Shown here one piece after another: positions 8,435 through 20,366 of a stretch of DNA of 64,000 nt; the first letter of the stretch is position 1; each line of letters opens with the position of its first letter. A model generated the notes under the pieces. The model saw only the letters and a list, made by a program, of their open reading frames with translations, made no database searches and was not told the DNA's origin. Position numbers and translations under genes: made by a program. The stretch comes from an uncultured Phycisphaerales bacterium (GTDB taxonomy: Bacteria; Planctomycetota; Phycisphaerae; Tepidisphaerales; Tepidisphaeraceae), in assembly GCA_963844715.1 (NCBI GenBank), contig CAWJPJ010000004.1, forward strand, positions 96,001 to 160,000. The letters are read 5' to 3'.

Positions 8435-11128
8435 ATGAAAAGGGCGTTGATCATCTTGTCGGCGGCGGTTTTGCTGGCCGGCGGATGCGCCAGCCAGATG
8501 GCGGCGCCGCCGCGCGCCAGTGCGCCGAAGACGCTTCCCGCGGCCGCGGATGCGGGAAATCCGAAGGCCTATCTGACGCTGGATGAGATTCTGCCGGCGC
8601 CGGTCTTATCTGCTGAACCGACGAGTCGTCCGACCGACCCAACCCCCTCGCGGGCATTGCAGCTTTTTGCGCGCGGGTTGGACCAGTTGTGGACCCATGA
8701 GCCGTACCAGGCGGTGGAGTCTTTTCAGGAGGCGCTGAAGCTCGATCCGTATAGTTACGACTTGAACGATGAACTGGGGATGGCCGAGCTGGAACGGATG
8801 CAGGTTCCGACCGAGGATTCGTTTGCCGCGTTTGAAACGGCGTCGGCGCTTCGGCCGCAGGATATGCAGATGCATCTGCTGCTGGGGCGGCAATACATGT
8901 CGGTGGGGAATGCCCAGAAGGCGCTGGATCACCTGCGGCTGGCGATGCAGACGGACGAGTACAAGCGCGATGCCGTGGGATCGGGGCCGGTGGAATTATA
9001 TCTCGCGCGGGCTTTGGAGACGCTGGGGTACGACCAGGCGGCGGTGGACGCTTATCTGCTGGTCAGCGACCGGGTGGCTCATCCCACTAGCGACATGTTT
9101 CGCGACCCGGACATGTCTTATGCCGTCAATGCGCCGCATCTCATCATGCTCCAGGAGGCGGAGATTTATGAGCGTCTTGGCCAATACGAAAATGCCCTGA
9201 CTCTTTATGAAAATCTTTCGGACACGGATCGGGCGACGTTTATCCTGCAGGCGCAGGTGGTGCGGATGCTGGTTCGCCTTGGCCGGCTGGACGAGGCGAT
9301 CGGACGCGCGGCGGATATTGTCACTCTCTTTGGGGCCGATTCGGAGTCTCTGAAACTTTTGCACGAAACGTGCTACGGCGTCAGCCCGAAGCGCGAAGCG
9401 GAGGTGTTGCAGAAGCTCCACGATCAGAATCCGCAGGACCGCGGGGTATTATTTGCCCTGGCGGACGCATTGGTTGCGGTCAATCAGTCGGATGATGCGC
9501 GGAAGCTGCTGACCGACTCCCTGAACGAGAACCCACAGGACACGCAGATCGTCCGCAAGCTGTTCGAGCTTGAAATGTCGGCGGGGGATTCGATTGCGGC
9601 GGCGAAACTGCTGGTCATGCAAATGGCGGGTGAGCCGGATACGCTGGGGGATCTGTCGCCGATGATCTCCGAATTGCTGCGGCCAACCGGGCGGAATTCG
9701 CTGCGGCCGGCGCAAATCGAGAAGCTCGATGTTCCGGACTTTGCCGAGGCGGCGAAACTGACGTTGGTTGCCGAAGCGGCCGATCTTTGGCGCCGCGATG
9801 CGCTGGAGCGGTCGAGCATCGAACAGGCGGTCAAATTATCTCCGCCGTTTGCGCCGGCTTATCGCCGATTCATCGTTCAGCAATGGGACCGGCAGGATTT
9901 GAACCGGGATCAGAAGGTTCAGGTCAGCGAAAAGTTGGCGGCCCAGGCGGAGGGGGGCGGGAATCCGGCGCTGGCGGCGGAATTGCGGGGGCTTTCACTT
10001 GCGTATCAGGGGAAATACTCGGAGGCCGCCGATCAACTTGAAACGGCGATGCGGATCGATCCGGATTCGCCGGAGCTGCAGCTCACTTACGCCGCGGCGC
10101 TGGGGAAGCTCAATCGCTCGTTGGATTGCGAGCAGGCGCTGTGGCGGATTGCCGCCAAATGGCAGCAGAACGATTCGGCGTGGGCGGCGCTGTACGAATT
10201 TTATAATCAGACCAATCGCGATCCGCAGGCGATCGCGGTTTTGGTGCAGTGGCTGAAGGCGAATCCCGCCAGCGCGGATGCGCGGGTGCTGGAGGCCAAA
10301 TGGTCGGCGTCGCATGGGCAGGAGCAATATGCCCTGAACGAGCTGGCGGAGTTGCTGCATGATCACTCGGACGATCTTCAACTGATCACCAAGATTGAAT
10401 CGGCGTATATTTCGATCAATCATGGGCCCGATTTCGTGCAGACGCTGGTGGCGCTGCGCCGCGACCAGCCGACGAATCTGACGGTTGTGTCGATTCTGGC
10501 CGACATTTTTGCGCATTCGGGCAGGCCGGATATCGCCCTGGCGCTTTTGGATGAGACGCGCAAGGTGGTCGGCTCGGATGGCGATCTGCTTTACGAAGTC
10601 GCGACGCTTTATCACGAGATCGGGCAGGCGGACACTTCGGAGCAGGTGTTGGAGCAGGTTTTGCAGGTCGATCCGAATAGCGCGGCGGCCAACAACGATC
10701 TGGGATTTGCGTGGGCGGATGAGGGGAAGAATCTTGGGCAGGCGGAGAAGATGATTCGCCTGGCGGTTGCGGCGGAGCCGGACAACGAGGCGTTTTTGGA
10801 CAGCCTGGGGTGGGTTCTTTACAAGCAGTCGCGGTTTGGCGATGCGGTGGAATATTTCAAGCAGGCGATCGGCAATTCGCCGGCGCCGGATGCGGAAATA
10901 CTGGATCATTACGGGGACGATCTTTATCGACTGGGCGAACCGGCGCAGGCGATGGCGCAGTGGAAGCGGGCGATGTGGGGGTTGGGACAGAACGATTCCG
11001 AGGACGAGGACGCCGGCTCGCTGAGGCGGTCGATCGGGGCGAAGCTACGCGCGGCGGGGGCGGGGAAACCGGTTGGCACGGCGCCGGTGGGCGGCGAATC
11101 GGCGACCACGCAGCCTTTTGGCAGTTAA
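8435..11128 (+). CDS. Tetratricopeptide-repeat lipoprotein
   Basis: Lipobox-like LAGGC; multiple TPRs ending NNDLGFAWAD...FLDSLGWVLYK. Confidence 0.85.
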   Translation: MKRALIILSAAVLLAGGCASQMAAPPRASAPKTLPAAADAGNPKAYLTLDEILPAPVLSAEPTSRPTDPTPSRALQLFARGLDQLWTHEPYQAVESFQEALKLDPYSYDLNDELGMAELERMQVPTEDSFAAFETASALRPQDMQMHLLLGRQYMSVGNAQKALDHLRLAMQTDEYKRDAVGSGPVELYLARALETLGYDQAAVDAYLLVSDRVAHPTSDMFRDPDMSYAVNAPHLIMLQEAEIYERLGQYENALTLYENLSDTDRATFILQAQVVRMLVRLGRLDEAIGRAADIVTLFGADSESLKLLHETCYGVSPKREAEVLQKLHDQNPQDRGVLFALADALVAVNQSDDARKLLTDSLNENPQDTQIVRKLFELEMSAGDSIAAAKLLVMQMAGEPDTLGDLSPMISELLRPTGRNSLRPAQIEKLDVPDFAEAAKLTLVAEAADLWRRDALERSSIEQAVKLSPPFAPAYRRFIVQQWDRQDLNRDQKVQVSEKLAAQAEGGGNPALAAELRGLSLAYQGKYSEAADQLETAMRIDPDSPELQLTYAAALGKLNRSLDCEQALWRIAAKWQQNDSAWAALYEFYNQTNRDPQAIAVLVQWLKANPASADARVLEAKWSASHGQEQYALNELAELLHDHSDDLQLITKIESAYISINHGPDFVQTLVALRRDQPTNLTVVSILADIFAHSGRPDIALALLDETRKVVGSDGDLLYEVATLYHEIGQADTSEQVLEQVLQVDPNSAAANNDLGFAWADEGKNLGQAEKMIRLAVAAEPDNEAFLDSLGWVLYKQSRFGDAVEYFKQAIGNSPAPDAEILDHYGDDLYRLGEPAQAMAQWKRAMWGLGQNDSEDEDAGSLRRSIGAKLRAAGAGKPVGTAPVGGESATTQPFGS

Positions 11129-11139
11129 AGGGAGCGAAC

Positions 11140-11874
11140 ATGGCCGGACATAGTCACTGGGCGAAAATCAAGCGTGCGAAAGGGGCCAACGACGCCAAGC
11201 GCGGCAAGGTCTGGAGCAAGATCGCCCGCAAGATTATTATCGCGGCGAGGAACGGCGGCGATCCGCGGGATAATCTTTCGCTGCGGTATACGATCGACGA
11301 AGCGAAGGCCGCGAATATGCCGAAGGACACGATCGAAAAAGCGATCATGAAGGGGACGGGGGAACTGGGCGCGGAAAATTACGAATCGGTCGTTTATGAA
11401 GCATATGCGCCCGGGGGCGTGGCGCTGATGATCGAGGGGCTTACGAACAACCGGGCACGCACCGCGCCCGAGCTTCGCTCGATCTTTGAAAAACATGGCG
11501 GGAGCCTTGCCGCGAGCGGGGCGGTGGCTTTTCAGTTCGTCAAACAGGGGCTGATCACCATTCGCACGGACGCGGTTGAAGAGGATCGGCTGCTGGAGGT
11601 GGCTCTGGAAAGCGGCGCGGAGGATGTGAAGAACGAGGGGGAGGTGTACGAAGTCGTCACTATGCCGGGGACTTTGATGAAGGTGAGGGACGGGATCGCG
11701 GCGGCGAAAATCCCCGTCGAGGCGGCGGAAATTGCCAATATCCCGACCAGCACGGTTCCGATAGACGTCGAGCGGGCACAAAAGCTGCTGAAGCTGATCG
11801 ATATTCTGGAAGACAACGACGACGTGCAGACGGTCAGCCACAACGCCGAGATTCCTGAGGGCGTGGAAGTGTGA
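11140..11874 (+). CDS. yebC: YebC/PmpR family protein
   Basis: MAGHSHWAKIKRAKG, YEAYAPGGVA, LEDNDDVQTVSHN. Confidence 0.95.
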   Translation: MAGHSHWAKIKRAKGANDAKRGKVWSKIARKIIIAARNGGDPRDNLSLRYTIDEAKAANMPKDTIEKAIMKGTGELGAENYESVVYEAYAPGGVALMIEGLTNNRARTAPELRSIFEKHGGSLAASGAVAFQFVKQGLITIRTDAVEEDRLLEVALESGAEDVKNEGEVYEVVTMPGTLMKVRDGIAAAKIPVEAAEIANIPTSTVPIDVERAQKLLKLIDILEDNDDVQTVSHNAEIPEGVEV

Positions 11875-11974
11875 GTTCTGCGGCTGTCGGTATTTCGCAT
11901 CCTTTACATTACTGCATGAAACCACGGCCTATGGCCGTGCGACGCTGTGTGGCTCTGCCGATCCACAAATTTAT

Positions 11975-12090
11975 CCTCTCTCCCCAAGTAACCATGTGGA
12001 GAGGGTTTGGGTGAGGGGCGACACTCAACGATCGGAAAATGCCCCTCACCCTAACCCACCGTGCCGGAACTAAAGGAAGGGGAGAGGGGA
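11975..12090. repeat. Inverted pair of REP-like elements (CCCTCTCCC...GGAGAGGG..GGGTGAGGG), family B
   Basis: CCTCTCTCCCC..GGAGAGGGTTTGGGTGAGGGGC facing GCCCCTCACCCTAACCC..GGGGAGAGGGG; related copies near 47933, 58365, 62515. Confidence 0.7.
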
Positions 12091-12195
12091 CAAATGCGCG
12101 AGCCCTCTCCCCGGAGTCGCAAAGCCGTCGAAATTGTTGTCCCAGTTTCGCCCAGGGCGCACATTGCTGGTTTGATGACTCAGGGAATCGCCGCC

Positions 12196-13742
12196 ATGGA
12201 TCCATCGCGAGTGCTACAGGAGTATGCCGACACGGGGTCGGACGAGGCCTTTGGGGCTTTGGCCGAGAAGTACATGGGGTTGGTTTACTCGGCTTGCCTT
12301 CGGCAGCTTAAGGACCGGCATCTGGCGGAGGATGCTTGCCAGGCGGTGTTTCTGCTGCTGAGTCAGAAAGCGCGGGGGTTGCGTCAGGATTATCTGGCGG
12401 GGTGGTTGCTCACGACGGCGCGCTACGCATGCGCGAACATTCGAAAAAGCGAGGACCGGCGGCAACGCCGCGAGAAGGCGGTCGCGATGAACGTACACGC
12501 CGCGGTGGATTCTTCGAATGATCTGCTCGACTTTCTTGACGATGCTCTGGGTCATTTGAAGAGCGGTGATCGCGAAGCACTGGTTTTGCGATATTTGAGG
12601 GAACAGCCGGTGAGCGAGATCGCGGCGGCTTTGGGGATTTCCGAAGAGGCGGCGCACAAGCGGATCGGGCGGGGGATGGAAAAGTTGCGCGGGTATTTCT
12701 CGCGCCGCGGGATCACGGCCGATTCGGCAGCGCTTGGGGCGGTTTTGATGGAGCAGTTACGCGGAACGTTTCTTACGCCGCAGGCGCGGCAGACGATCAC
12801 GCAAGGCCTGCTGGATGTTTGCCATGCGGGAAATCAGGGCACGGCGGCGAGCGTCGCCATCGCGAAAGGAACTCAAACCATGATGATCATGACGAAAGTA
12901 AAGGTTGCGGCCAGTGTCGCGGCGGTTCTTGCCGGCTTGGGAACCGGCGGCTGGATGATTTCGCGGGCGATCGCGGATAAAACCGTTTCGGATCAAACGG
13001 CGATTCCCGCGCCGGCGGCTGCTCCGAGCGTGGCGGCTTTGGCGCCGGCTCCGGCGCTGCAACACAGCCTGGGGCGATCGATCTGAGCAGCCCGGGGGCA
13101 ACCGTTACATCATTTTTCCGAGCGGTAAGTCAGGGGGATCGGGCGGCGACCTACGAGTGCATGACGGCCGATCCCAATCGGACGGCGACTGAAATCGACG
13201 CGATGCTTGCCTGGAACTTGGCGCAGAATCGTCTGATTCACGCCGCCGCGCTGACTTATGGGGACAGCGGCTCGGAGGTGCGGAGAATCAATACGCTGGA
13301 TAGCGTTGCCCTGCTCATCGCGGCGGTGCCGCCCACTGCGGAAATCGACGGCGATTCGGCCACGATGGTCGTCAATATTCCACCGGCGGTGATCGCGATG
13401 GCCCCGGCTGGTTTGCAATCCGTGTTGGGCCAGTGGTCCAACGCGACGGTCTATTTTCAAAAACAGGGGGAGCAATGGAGATTGGATATCGATCGTTCAC
13501 TGCGCGTGGAAATTAAGCTTCAGTTAAGGCCGCCGGAACAGGTCGATACGGCCGTGGAGATCGGTATTATGACGGACAATGCGCAGGAGTATGACCGAGT
13601 CGCCGGGGAGATTGAGAATGGGAACTTGCCGACGCCCGGCGAGGCGGCGCAGGCTTTGAAACTTGCCGGTCGGATGGTCGGCGCAAAGTACGGGATCTCA
13701 TCCATGCAATTCACGATCCTGCCGGCGCACATCGCGAATTAG
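12196..13742 (+). CDS. ECF sigma-70 factor with transmembrane segment and C-terminal extension (probably one gene, frameshift near 13080-13160)
   Basis: AEDACQAVFLLL (region 2), REALVLRYL..EIAAALGISEEAAHKR (region 4), hydrophobic segment, then ORF 13161-13742. Confidence 0.8.
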
Positions 13743-13774
13743 GCACGGCGAGATCATGGGAAATATGCGCGAAC

Positions 13775-15426
13775 ATGATCAAGGGGCGATTCAATCCGCG
13801 CATTATCCTGGCAATTCTGGCGCTGCTGTCGTCGCTTGGGTTTTTGTATTTTTCGCGAAGCGATCATGTTCCGCATGATCCGGAATCGCGGGTGAAACCG
13901 GAGGTTTTTTGGGCCGCGATCGGGCGTGCGAATTCGGCGCAAAGGCCGACGAACATTGTGGTCTATCCGGCGCGAATGGGTGTGCAACTGGTCACTTGCA
14001 CGGGTCATCCGCCCAATGGGCCGTCTTTGGATAAGTATCTGTACGTAAAGCTGGGGCCGGGGGACCGGACGGTCGAGGCGCGACTCACGCAACTGGGGAT
14101 ATCCTTTGAAACGCCGTGGTGGGATTCAGATCGGATGCGGTATGGGCCGTGGGTTGGCGTGGCGGTGGCGATCATTCTCCTGATTATTCCTGCTGTGACT
14201 GAACTGTGGCGCATCGCCGGGCAAGCTCCGGCTCGGGGGTCTCATGCTCCAGTGCCTGCGCCGGTCGCGCCGACTTCGGCGGATTTTCAGAAGGTGCGCG
14301 AGTTGGAGGAGGCGATGGAAAGCGCTTTGAGCAATTCGACGGGCGGCGACTTCAGTTTCCGGCGTCCCGGTGCAAACGGCTGCCACAACCGCAGCGCCCG
14401 TGCTTTCCGGCGGGCCGCTGGAGGCGATTAAGGCGGCCGAACAGGAGAAAAAGGATTATGCCGGGGAGTTCTATCCTGTTGAGCATCCGAACCCGAAGCG
14501 CGATTTTACGCTTGTGGAATTGCTGGTCGTGATCGGCATTATCGCGATTCTGTTTTCGCTTTTGCTGCCGACGCTGGCGGGAGCGCAGGCAGGATGCGAA
14601 TCAAATTGTCTGCGCGGCCAACCGTCATAACATCGGCGTCGCGCTGGCGGCATACGAGGCACAGCACGACGGGGCGATCCCGGCTTCATACAGTTATCAC
14701 GGCCAGCAAATCGTCAATGGAAAGCAGTCCTATACGGATCAGGGATATGTCCACTGGAGCTATTTCCTTTATAGCCATGGGATGGTTTCGGAAGAGGCGT
14801 TTACGTGTCCGGAGATGGACGGCGGGGGGCTGCCGCCGACTAATACGACGCCTGCGAATCGCCTGCCTGGGCAGATGGATGACACGCCGGGGGCGATCGA
14901 CGATCAAGCGGACCGGGTGGCTTATACGCTCAACGAAGCGCTTTCTCCGCGCAACAAGTTCGTGCTGGGATTTCAGGAGGCGGTGCGGACGTATCATTTC
15001 GTGCACGCGTCGTCGATTCCGCATCCGAGCAGCACGATTCTGGCCAGCGAGTGGGGACCGATGGGTGCGAGATACCCGACTTCCACGGGCACCGGCTTCT
15101 ATATCTATAGCCACCGTCCGGTGCATGGGTTTGTCGGGCTGGACGGGACGCTGGAGATGTATCTACTGAATCCCGGCGTGGGGTATCGGCGCGTGACTGC
15201 GGCGGATCTCGACCCGGACCCGGTGAGTGCTTCGGATTCCGGGACGCGACTGGATTGGGTGGGTCGAAATCATGGGCATGTTCAGGGGTATCCCAACGAG
15301 AATCGGACGAACTTCCTTTATCTTGATGGGCATGTGGAGTGCAAGACGATTTATGAAACGCTGATGCCGTTTGAGTGGGGGGATAAGTTTTATACGTTGG
15401 AGCCGAATGATGATCTGCGGCCGTAA
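13775..15426 (+). CDS. Membrane protein apparently fused to a DUF1559/H-X9-DG pilin-like domain (frameshifts near 14370 and 14600)
   Basis: Internal FTLVELLVVIGIIAILFSLLLPTL N-methylation-type motif at ~14504; C-terminal RNHGH...TNFLYLDGHVE. Confidence 0.7.
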
Positions 15427-15465
15427 AACTAAATGGGGGGGCATGATTGCGGCAGATCGGAGGAC

Positions 15466-15490
15466 ACGCCCCGCAAGCGGGGCCGCTAAA
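15466..15490. repeat. REP-like hairpin + CGCTAAA (family A variant)
   Basis: GCCCCGCAAGCGGGGC-CGCTAAA; same architecture as the copies at 21132, 39768, 49662. Confidence 0.55.
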
Positions 15491-15565
15491 GCGGGGAGTG
15501 AGGATGTCGCTGAATCGCGGTCTTTTATTGGTGGCCTTTTTTGCGGGGATGCTAAAATTGTCAGC

Positions 15566-15775
15566 ATGCAGTTGAACGACCTGATCGTGCGCGATCCGAC
15601 AATTTCGGGCGGGGAACCTGTTATCCGCGGCACGCGCGTGACGCTCCGGGCGATCCTTGCGTCGCTTGCGGACGGTGATTCAGTGGAGCAGATCGTCGGA
15701 AGCTTTCCGTCGTTGAATGCTGAGCAAATTCGAGCATTAATCAGCGACAAAAAGTTGCGCGAGCGAACGAGATAA
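15566..15775 (+). CDS. DUF433 antitoxin-like protein, orphan
   Basis: IVRDPTISGGEPVIRGTRVTLRAILASLADGDSVEQIVGSFPSL; no partner toxin follows. Confidence 0.85.
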   Translation: MQLNDLIVRDPTISGGEPVIRGTRVTLRAILASLADGDSVEQIVGSFPSLNAEQIRALISDKKLRERTR

Positions 15776-15784
15776 ACGCTGCGA

Positions 15785-17087
15785 TTAACCCTTGGCCAAT
15801 CCCGCGAATTCTTCGCCGCGGTGCTCGAAATTTATGTATTGATCGTAGCTGGCGAAGCCGGGGCTGAGGAGGATTACGTCGCCGGGGGCGGCGATTTTTC
15901 TGGCGATGGTGGCGGCGGTGGGGAGGTCGTGGCAGCGATAGGCGGGGGCGGTGCTTTCGCGCGGGGATTGCTCGATTAGTTCGGCGATTTTTTCGCCGGT
16001 GGCGCCGATGCATAGGACAGCTTTTGCGCGGTCGATCAGGGCGGCGCAGAGGGAGGTGATGGGGAGTTTTTTGTCGTATCCGCCTACGATTTGGATGACT
16101 TTTCTGGGGGGGAAGGACTGAAGGGCCGCGATTGCGGCGTCGGGGATGGTGGCGATGGAGTCGTTGAACCAGCGGATGGAATTGGAATCGGCGACGAGTT
16201 GGAGGCGGTGGGGCAGGCCGTGGAAATCGGCGAGGGCGGACTGGGCCTGGGAGAAATCGACGCCGAAGATGGCAGCGGCGGTGAAGGCGGCCTGGGCGTT
16301 GAGCTGGTTGTGCTCGCCGGGGACGTGGAGGTCGAAACGTTTTCGGTTGCGGGTTCCGAAAAAGATGATTTTCCCGGGGGCTTCGCGGGCAAATCCCGCC
16401 GAGCCGGGGTCCTGCTCGTTGAGGACGGCGTAATCGTGCGGGCCCTGGAAGCGCAGAATGTTTTTCTTGGCGTCTAAATAGGCCTCGGCGGAGCCGTGCC
16501 ATTCCAGGTGATCGGCGGAGATCATGGTCACGACGGCGACGTGGGGGGACCAGCGCGATTCGCGCAGGTGCTCGAGCATGAAGCTGGATAGTTCGAGAAT
16601 TACCAGATCGCCCGTTGTGATATTCGGGAGTTCGGGCAGGAGGGAGCGGCCGATGTTTCCGCCGATCCAGGCGTGGAATTGCGCGGAAAGGATTTTGTTG
16701 AGCATGGCGGCGCAGGTGGATTTGCCCTTGGTGCCGGTGACGCCGAGGATTTTGGCGGGGCAGCGCTCGATGAAGAGTCGGATTTCGGTGGTGATGGGGA
16801 CGCCGGCGGCCCGCGGCGGTCTGGAGATAATTGTTTTGCGGGGCGAGGGCGGGGGAGGCGACGATCAGGTCGGTGTTTATAAAATCCTGATCGCGATGGC
16901 CGCCGAGTTGAAATTCGATCGGGAGGCCCACGAGTTGTTTGACGGAATCGGCCAATTTCTCGGGGGAGTCTTTATCGGTGACGAGGACATTGGCGCCTTG
17001 CTGACAGAGCCATCGCGCCGCCGCGATTCCGCCGCCGAATCGCCCCAGGCCTGCCACGGTCACGCGTTTTCCCGCCAGGGAGTCCAT
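15785..17087 (-). CDS. murD: UDP-N-acetylmuramoyl-L-alanine--D-glutamate ligase (frameshift near 16810)
   Basis: GLGRFGGG N-terminus, GGNIG, ELSSF, DHLEWH, GLPHRLQ, NDSIAT, LLSPGFASYDQY. Confidence 0.93.
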
Positions 17088-17091
17088 GGGT

Positions 17092-18024
17092 TCAGCCGCT
17101 TAAGACCTGCGAAACGTCCTGCTTCATATCCAGCACGGCGGCTTCGACGCATTTTTCCCAGTTGTTTCCAAACTTGGAGGAATATTTCGCCTCTTTGTGG
17201 GCGTAAAGAATGCTTCGGCTTGCCGAGACGATTGCGCCTTTGCCGGCGATGAACGTGGCTCGGGTCATTTCCGCGGTGGCGCCTTGTGCGCCGTAGCCGG
17301 GAAGGAGAAAGATGGATTTCGGGAGCAGTTTGCGGAGGCTTTGCATGGTGTGGGGCTGAGTTGCGCCGACGACCGCGCCCAGGCCGCTGAAGCCGCGCGA
17401 TCCGATCCATGGGGTCGCGAGGGCGTTCAGTTTTGCGGCGAGCATTTCCGACCAGGTTTCGCCGGTTTCGAGTTTGACATCCTGCAATTCGGCGGAGCCG
17501 GGATTGCTGGTGCGCACGAGGACGAAAAGGCCCTTGTCGGCGTCGCGGGCGGTTTGAATGAACGGCTGCAAGGTGTCGAGCCCTAGCATGGGATTTACGG
17601 TGATCGCGTCGGGGGTGGCGGCCTCGTTCTCGTCTTCGTTGGAGCGGTCTTCCAAGTGAGCGGCGGCGTAGGCGCTGGCGGTTGAGCCGATGTCTCCGCG
17701 CTTGACGTCGCCGATGGTGAGCAAGCCGAGCTGTCGGGCCTCCTCGATCAGGTTGTAATAGGCCTCGACGCCTTCCCAATGGTATTTTTCGAAAAAAGCG
17801 GATTGGAATTTCACGATGGGGACGAGGGGGGCGACGACTTTGAGGAGGCGGATTGTGAAATCGAAGATGGCGTCGAGGGCGGCGTCGGATTCGTTTTCAG
17901 CGGAGGCGAATCTGCCTCGGGCGGAATCGGGGAGGGATTCCAGGATGGGGTCGACGCCTACACAGATGGGGGCGCCGGTTCGATCGATGGCGTCGAGAAG
18001 GCGGTCGCTGAACGGTTTGGACAT
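17092..18024 (-). CDS. pyrF: Orotidine-5'-phosphate decarboxylase
   Basis: CVGVDP, KFQSAFFE, DVKRGDIGST, VRTSNPGS, LLPGYGAQG. Confidence 0.95.
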   Translation of the reverse strand: MSKPFSDRLLDAIDRTGAPICVGVDPILESLPDSARGRFASAENESDAALDAIFDFTIRLLKVVAPLVPIVKFQSAFFEKYHWEGVEAYYNLIEEARQLGLLTIGDVKRGDIGSTASAYAAAHLEDRSNEDENEAATPDAITVNPMLGLDTLQPFIQTARDADKGLFVLVRTSNPGSAELQDVKLETGETWSEMLAAKLNALATPWIGSRGFSGLGAVVGATQPHTMQSLRKLLPKSIFLLPGYGAQGATAEMTRATFIAGKGAIVSASRSILYAHKEAKYSSKFGNNWEKCVEAAVLDMKQDVSQVLSG

Positions 18025-18204
18025 TGGGGCGGATGATAGTCTTTTTTTCGCTCTGCCGGTACTGGGCTACATTTTCCGGGTTTCGCGCAAGCCTGCTGAA
18101 ATCAAATGCGAGTTGAACCGCGGAGAGCGCCCGCCGCGGCGGGTGGACTCTGATCGCGGAGATCGGAGGAGGGGGAAAATTCGAGAGGGACGGGGTGAGG
18201 ATCG

Positions 18205-20292
18205 TTAGCGTCCCGGCTTGGGGAGCTTTCCGAGGCGGAGGGCTCGGGACATCATGGCGTTTTGGGTGTCGATGATGGGGCCTTTTTCGGGTGGGGGGAG
18301 GCGTAGCCAGGCGCCGTCGGGATTTAGCTCCCAGGCGTGTGAGCGGTCCGCGCGCATGACGTCTAGAATTTCGCGCAAGCGTTCGCGGAGGGCGGGCTCT
18401 TCGATGGGCGCGATGGACTCTACGCGCCAATCCAGATTGCGGTTCATCCAATCTGCTGAGCCGATGTAGAACTCCTCGTTTCCGCCGTTGAGGAAGTGAT
18501 AGATGCGCGAGTGCTCGAGGAAACGGCCGAGGATGCTGGTGATGTGGATGTTTTCGCTCATCCCGGCGACTCCCGGGCGCAGGCAGCAGAAACCGCGGAC
18601 GAATAATTCGATTTTTACTCCCGCGCCGACGCGGCGTAGAGATCGTTGATGATTTTGGGGTCCTGAAGGGCGTTCATCTTGGCGGTGATACGGGCTTCGC
18701 GGCCGGCCTTGGCGTGCTCGATCTCCCGCTTGATCTTGGCCTCGAAGCGGTCGCGCATATTGACGGGGGCGACCATCAACTTGTGATAATCGCGCTTCAG
18801 CGATCGGCCGGTGAGGAAATGAAACATCTCGATGATGTCTTCGGTGAGGGCGGCGTTGCAGGTAAAGAGGCCTAGGTCGGTGTAGAGCTGCGCGGTTTTG
18901 GAGTTGTAGTTGCCGGTGCCGATGTGGCAGTAGGTGCGCAAACCATCGGGCTCCTCGCGGACGACCATTGCGAGCTTGGAATGGGTCTTTAGACCCATGA
19001 GGCCGTAAATGACGTGCACTCCGGCGTTTTCGAGCATTTGCGCGAGTTTCACGTTGCGCTGCTCGTCGAAGCGGGCTTTGAGTTCGACGATGACGGCTAC
19101 TTGTTTGCCGGCCTCGGCGGCTTGCATGAGGGAGAGAATGAAGGGCGAATCGGATGCCGTACGGTAGAGCGTCATCTTGATGGCCAGGACTTTGGGGTCG
19201 TGGACGGCGGAGCTGATGAAACGCTCGACGCTGTCGGCAAAGCTTTCGTAGGGGTGATGCACGAGCAAATCGCCGCTACGGATAATCGCGAAGATGTCGG
19301 CGTCTTCGTCGCTGAGGCGCGGGGGGGTTACAGGGGACCAGGGCTTGAATTTCAGTTGGGGCAAATCCAGATCAGCCAGGGCGGCCAAATCCGTCATATC
19401 AATGGGCCCGCTGGTGGGATAGATGTCGGCGGGATCGACTTCGACGCCGCCGATCACGAATTCTCGCATCGCGGGGGACATGGACTGGGCTAGTTCCAAT
19501 CTGACGGCTCGCGCCATCCGGCGGGCGCGGAGTTCCTGCTCGACGAGTTGGAGGAGGTCGTCGGCGTCCTCGGCGTCCATTTCGATATCCGCGTTGCGGG
19601 TGACGCGGAACAGTTGATGCTCGATCACCGTCATTCCGGGGAAGAGGAGCGAAAGATTTCCGCCGACAACCTGCTCGAGCGGGACGAACTGGAATCTTCC
19701 CGGCAGGGGCACCCAGCGCGGGAGATTTTCGGGCAGCTTGATGCGCACGAACAGGCGCTGCTTGCGGACGGGATGCTCGAGCATCACGCCGATCGAATTG
19801 CTTAGGTTGGAAATGAATGGGAATGGATGCGCCGGATCGACCGCGAGGGGGGTAAGGATGGGGAAGACATTTTTTGCGAAATATTGATCGGCGGCCGTGC
19901 GGTCGAGGGGATCGAGGCGCTTCATAGTCGCGAATGTTGACGCCCTCTTTTTCCAGGGCGGGCTTGACGTCTTCGAGCCAGCAGGACGTTTGCGCCTGAA
20001 GCATGGGAAGGAGCTTGGCGTGAATCGCGTCGAGCTGCTGCTGGGGGGATAGACCGTCGATCGAGAGTTCGCTCACTTTGGCTTCGCGCTGCCTTTGCAG
20101 GCCGCCAACGCGCTTCATAAAGAATTCGTCGAGGTTGGCGGAGAAGATGGCCAGGAAGCGGGCTCTTTCGAGCAGGGGGAGGGACTTGTCGAGGGCCAGT
20201 TCGAGGACGCGCAAATTGAAGTCGAGCCAGCTCAATTCGCGATTGAGAAACGGGGCCTGCGTGGTGGAGGTCGATGAAGTGGATTGGTGCAT
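18205..20292 (-). CDS. ppk1: Polyphosphate kinase 1 (frameshifts near 19925 and 18620)
   Basis: [61 protein letters not shown]. Confidence 0.95.
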
Positions 20293-20336
20293 GCGCGAAT
20301 TAGCCGCCAGAGTTATGTGTGCCACGAATCCGCAAA

Positions 20337-20366
20337 AAAGCCAACGGACAGCCATCCGTTGGCTTT
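20337..20366. repeat. REP-like palindrome, family C
   Basis: AAAGCCAACGGA-CAGCCA-TCCGTTGGCTTT, perfect 12-bp stem. Confidence 0.7.

Noticed and set aside
1602..11925. Long antisense Arg-rich ORFs (1602-3707, 4564-5508, 9995-10909, 11125-11925)
   Set aside because: Shadow frames of well-supported sense genes in high-GC DNA.
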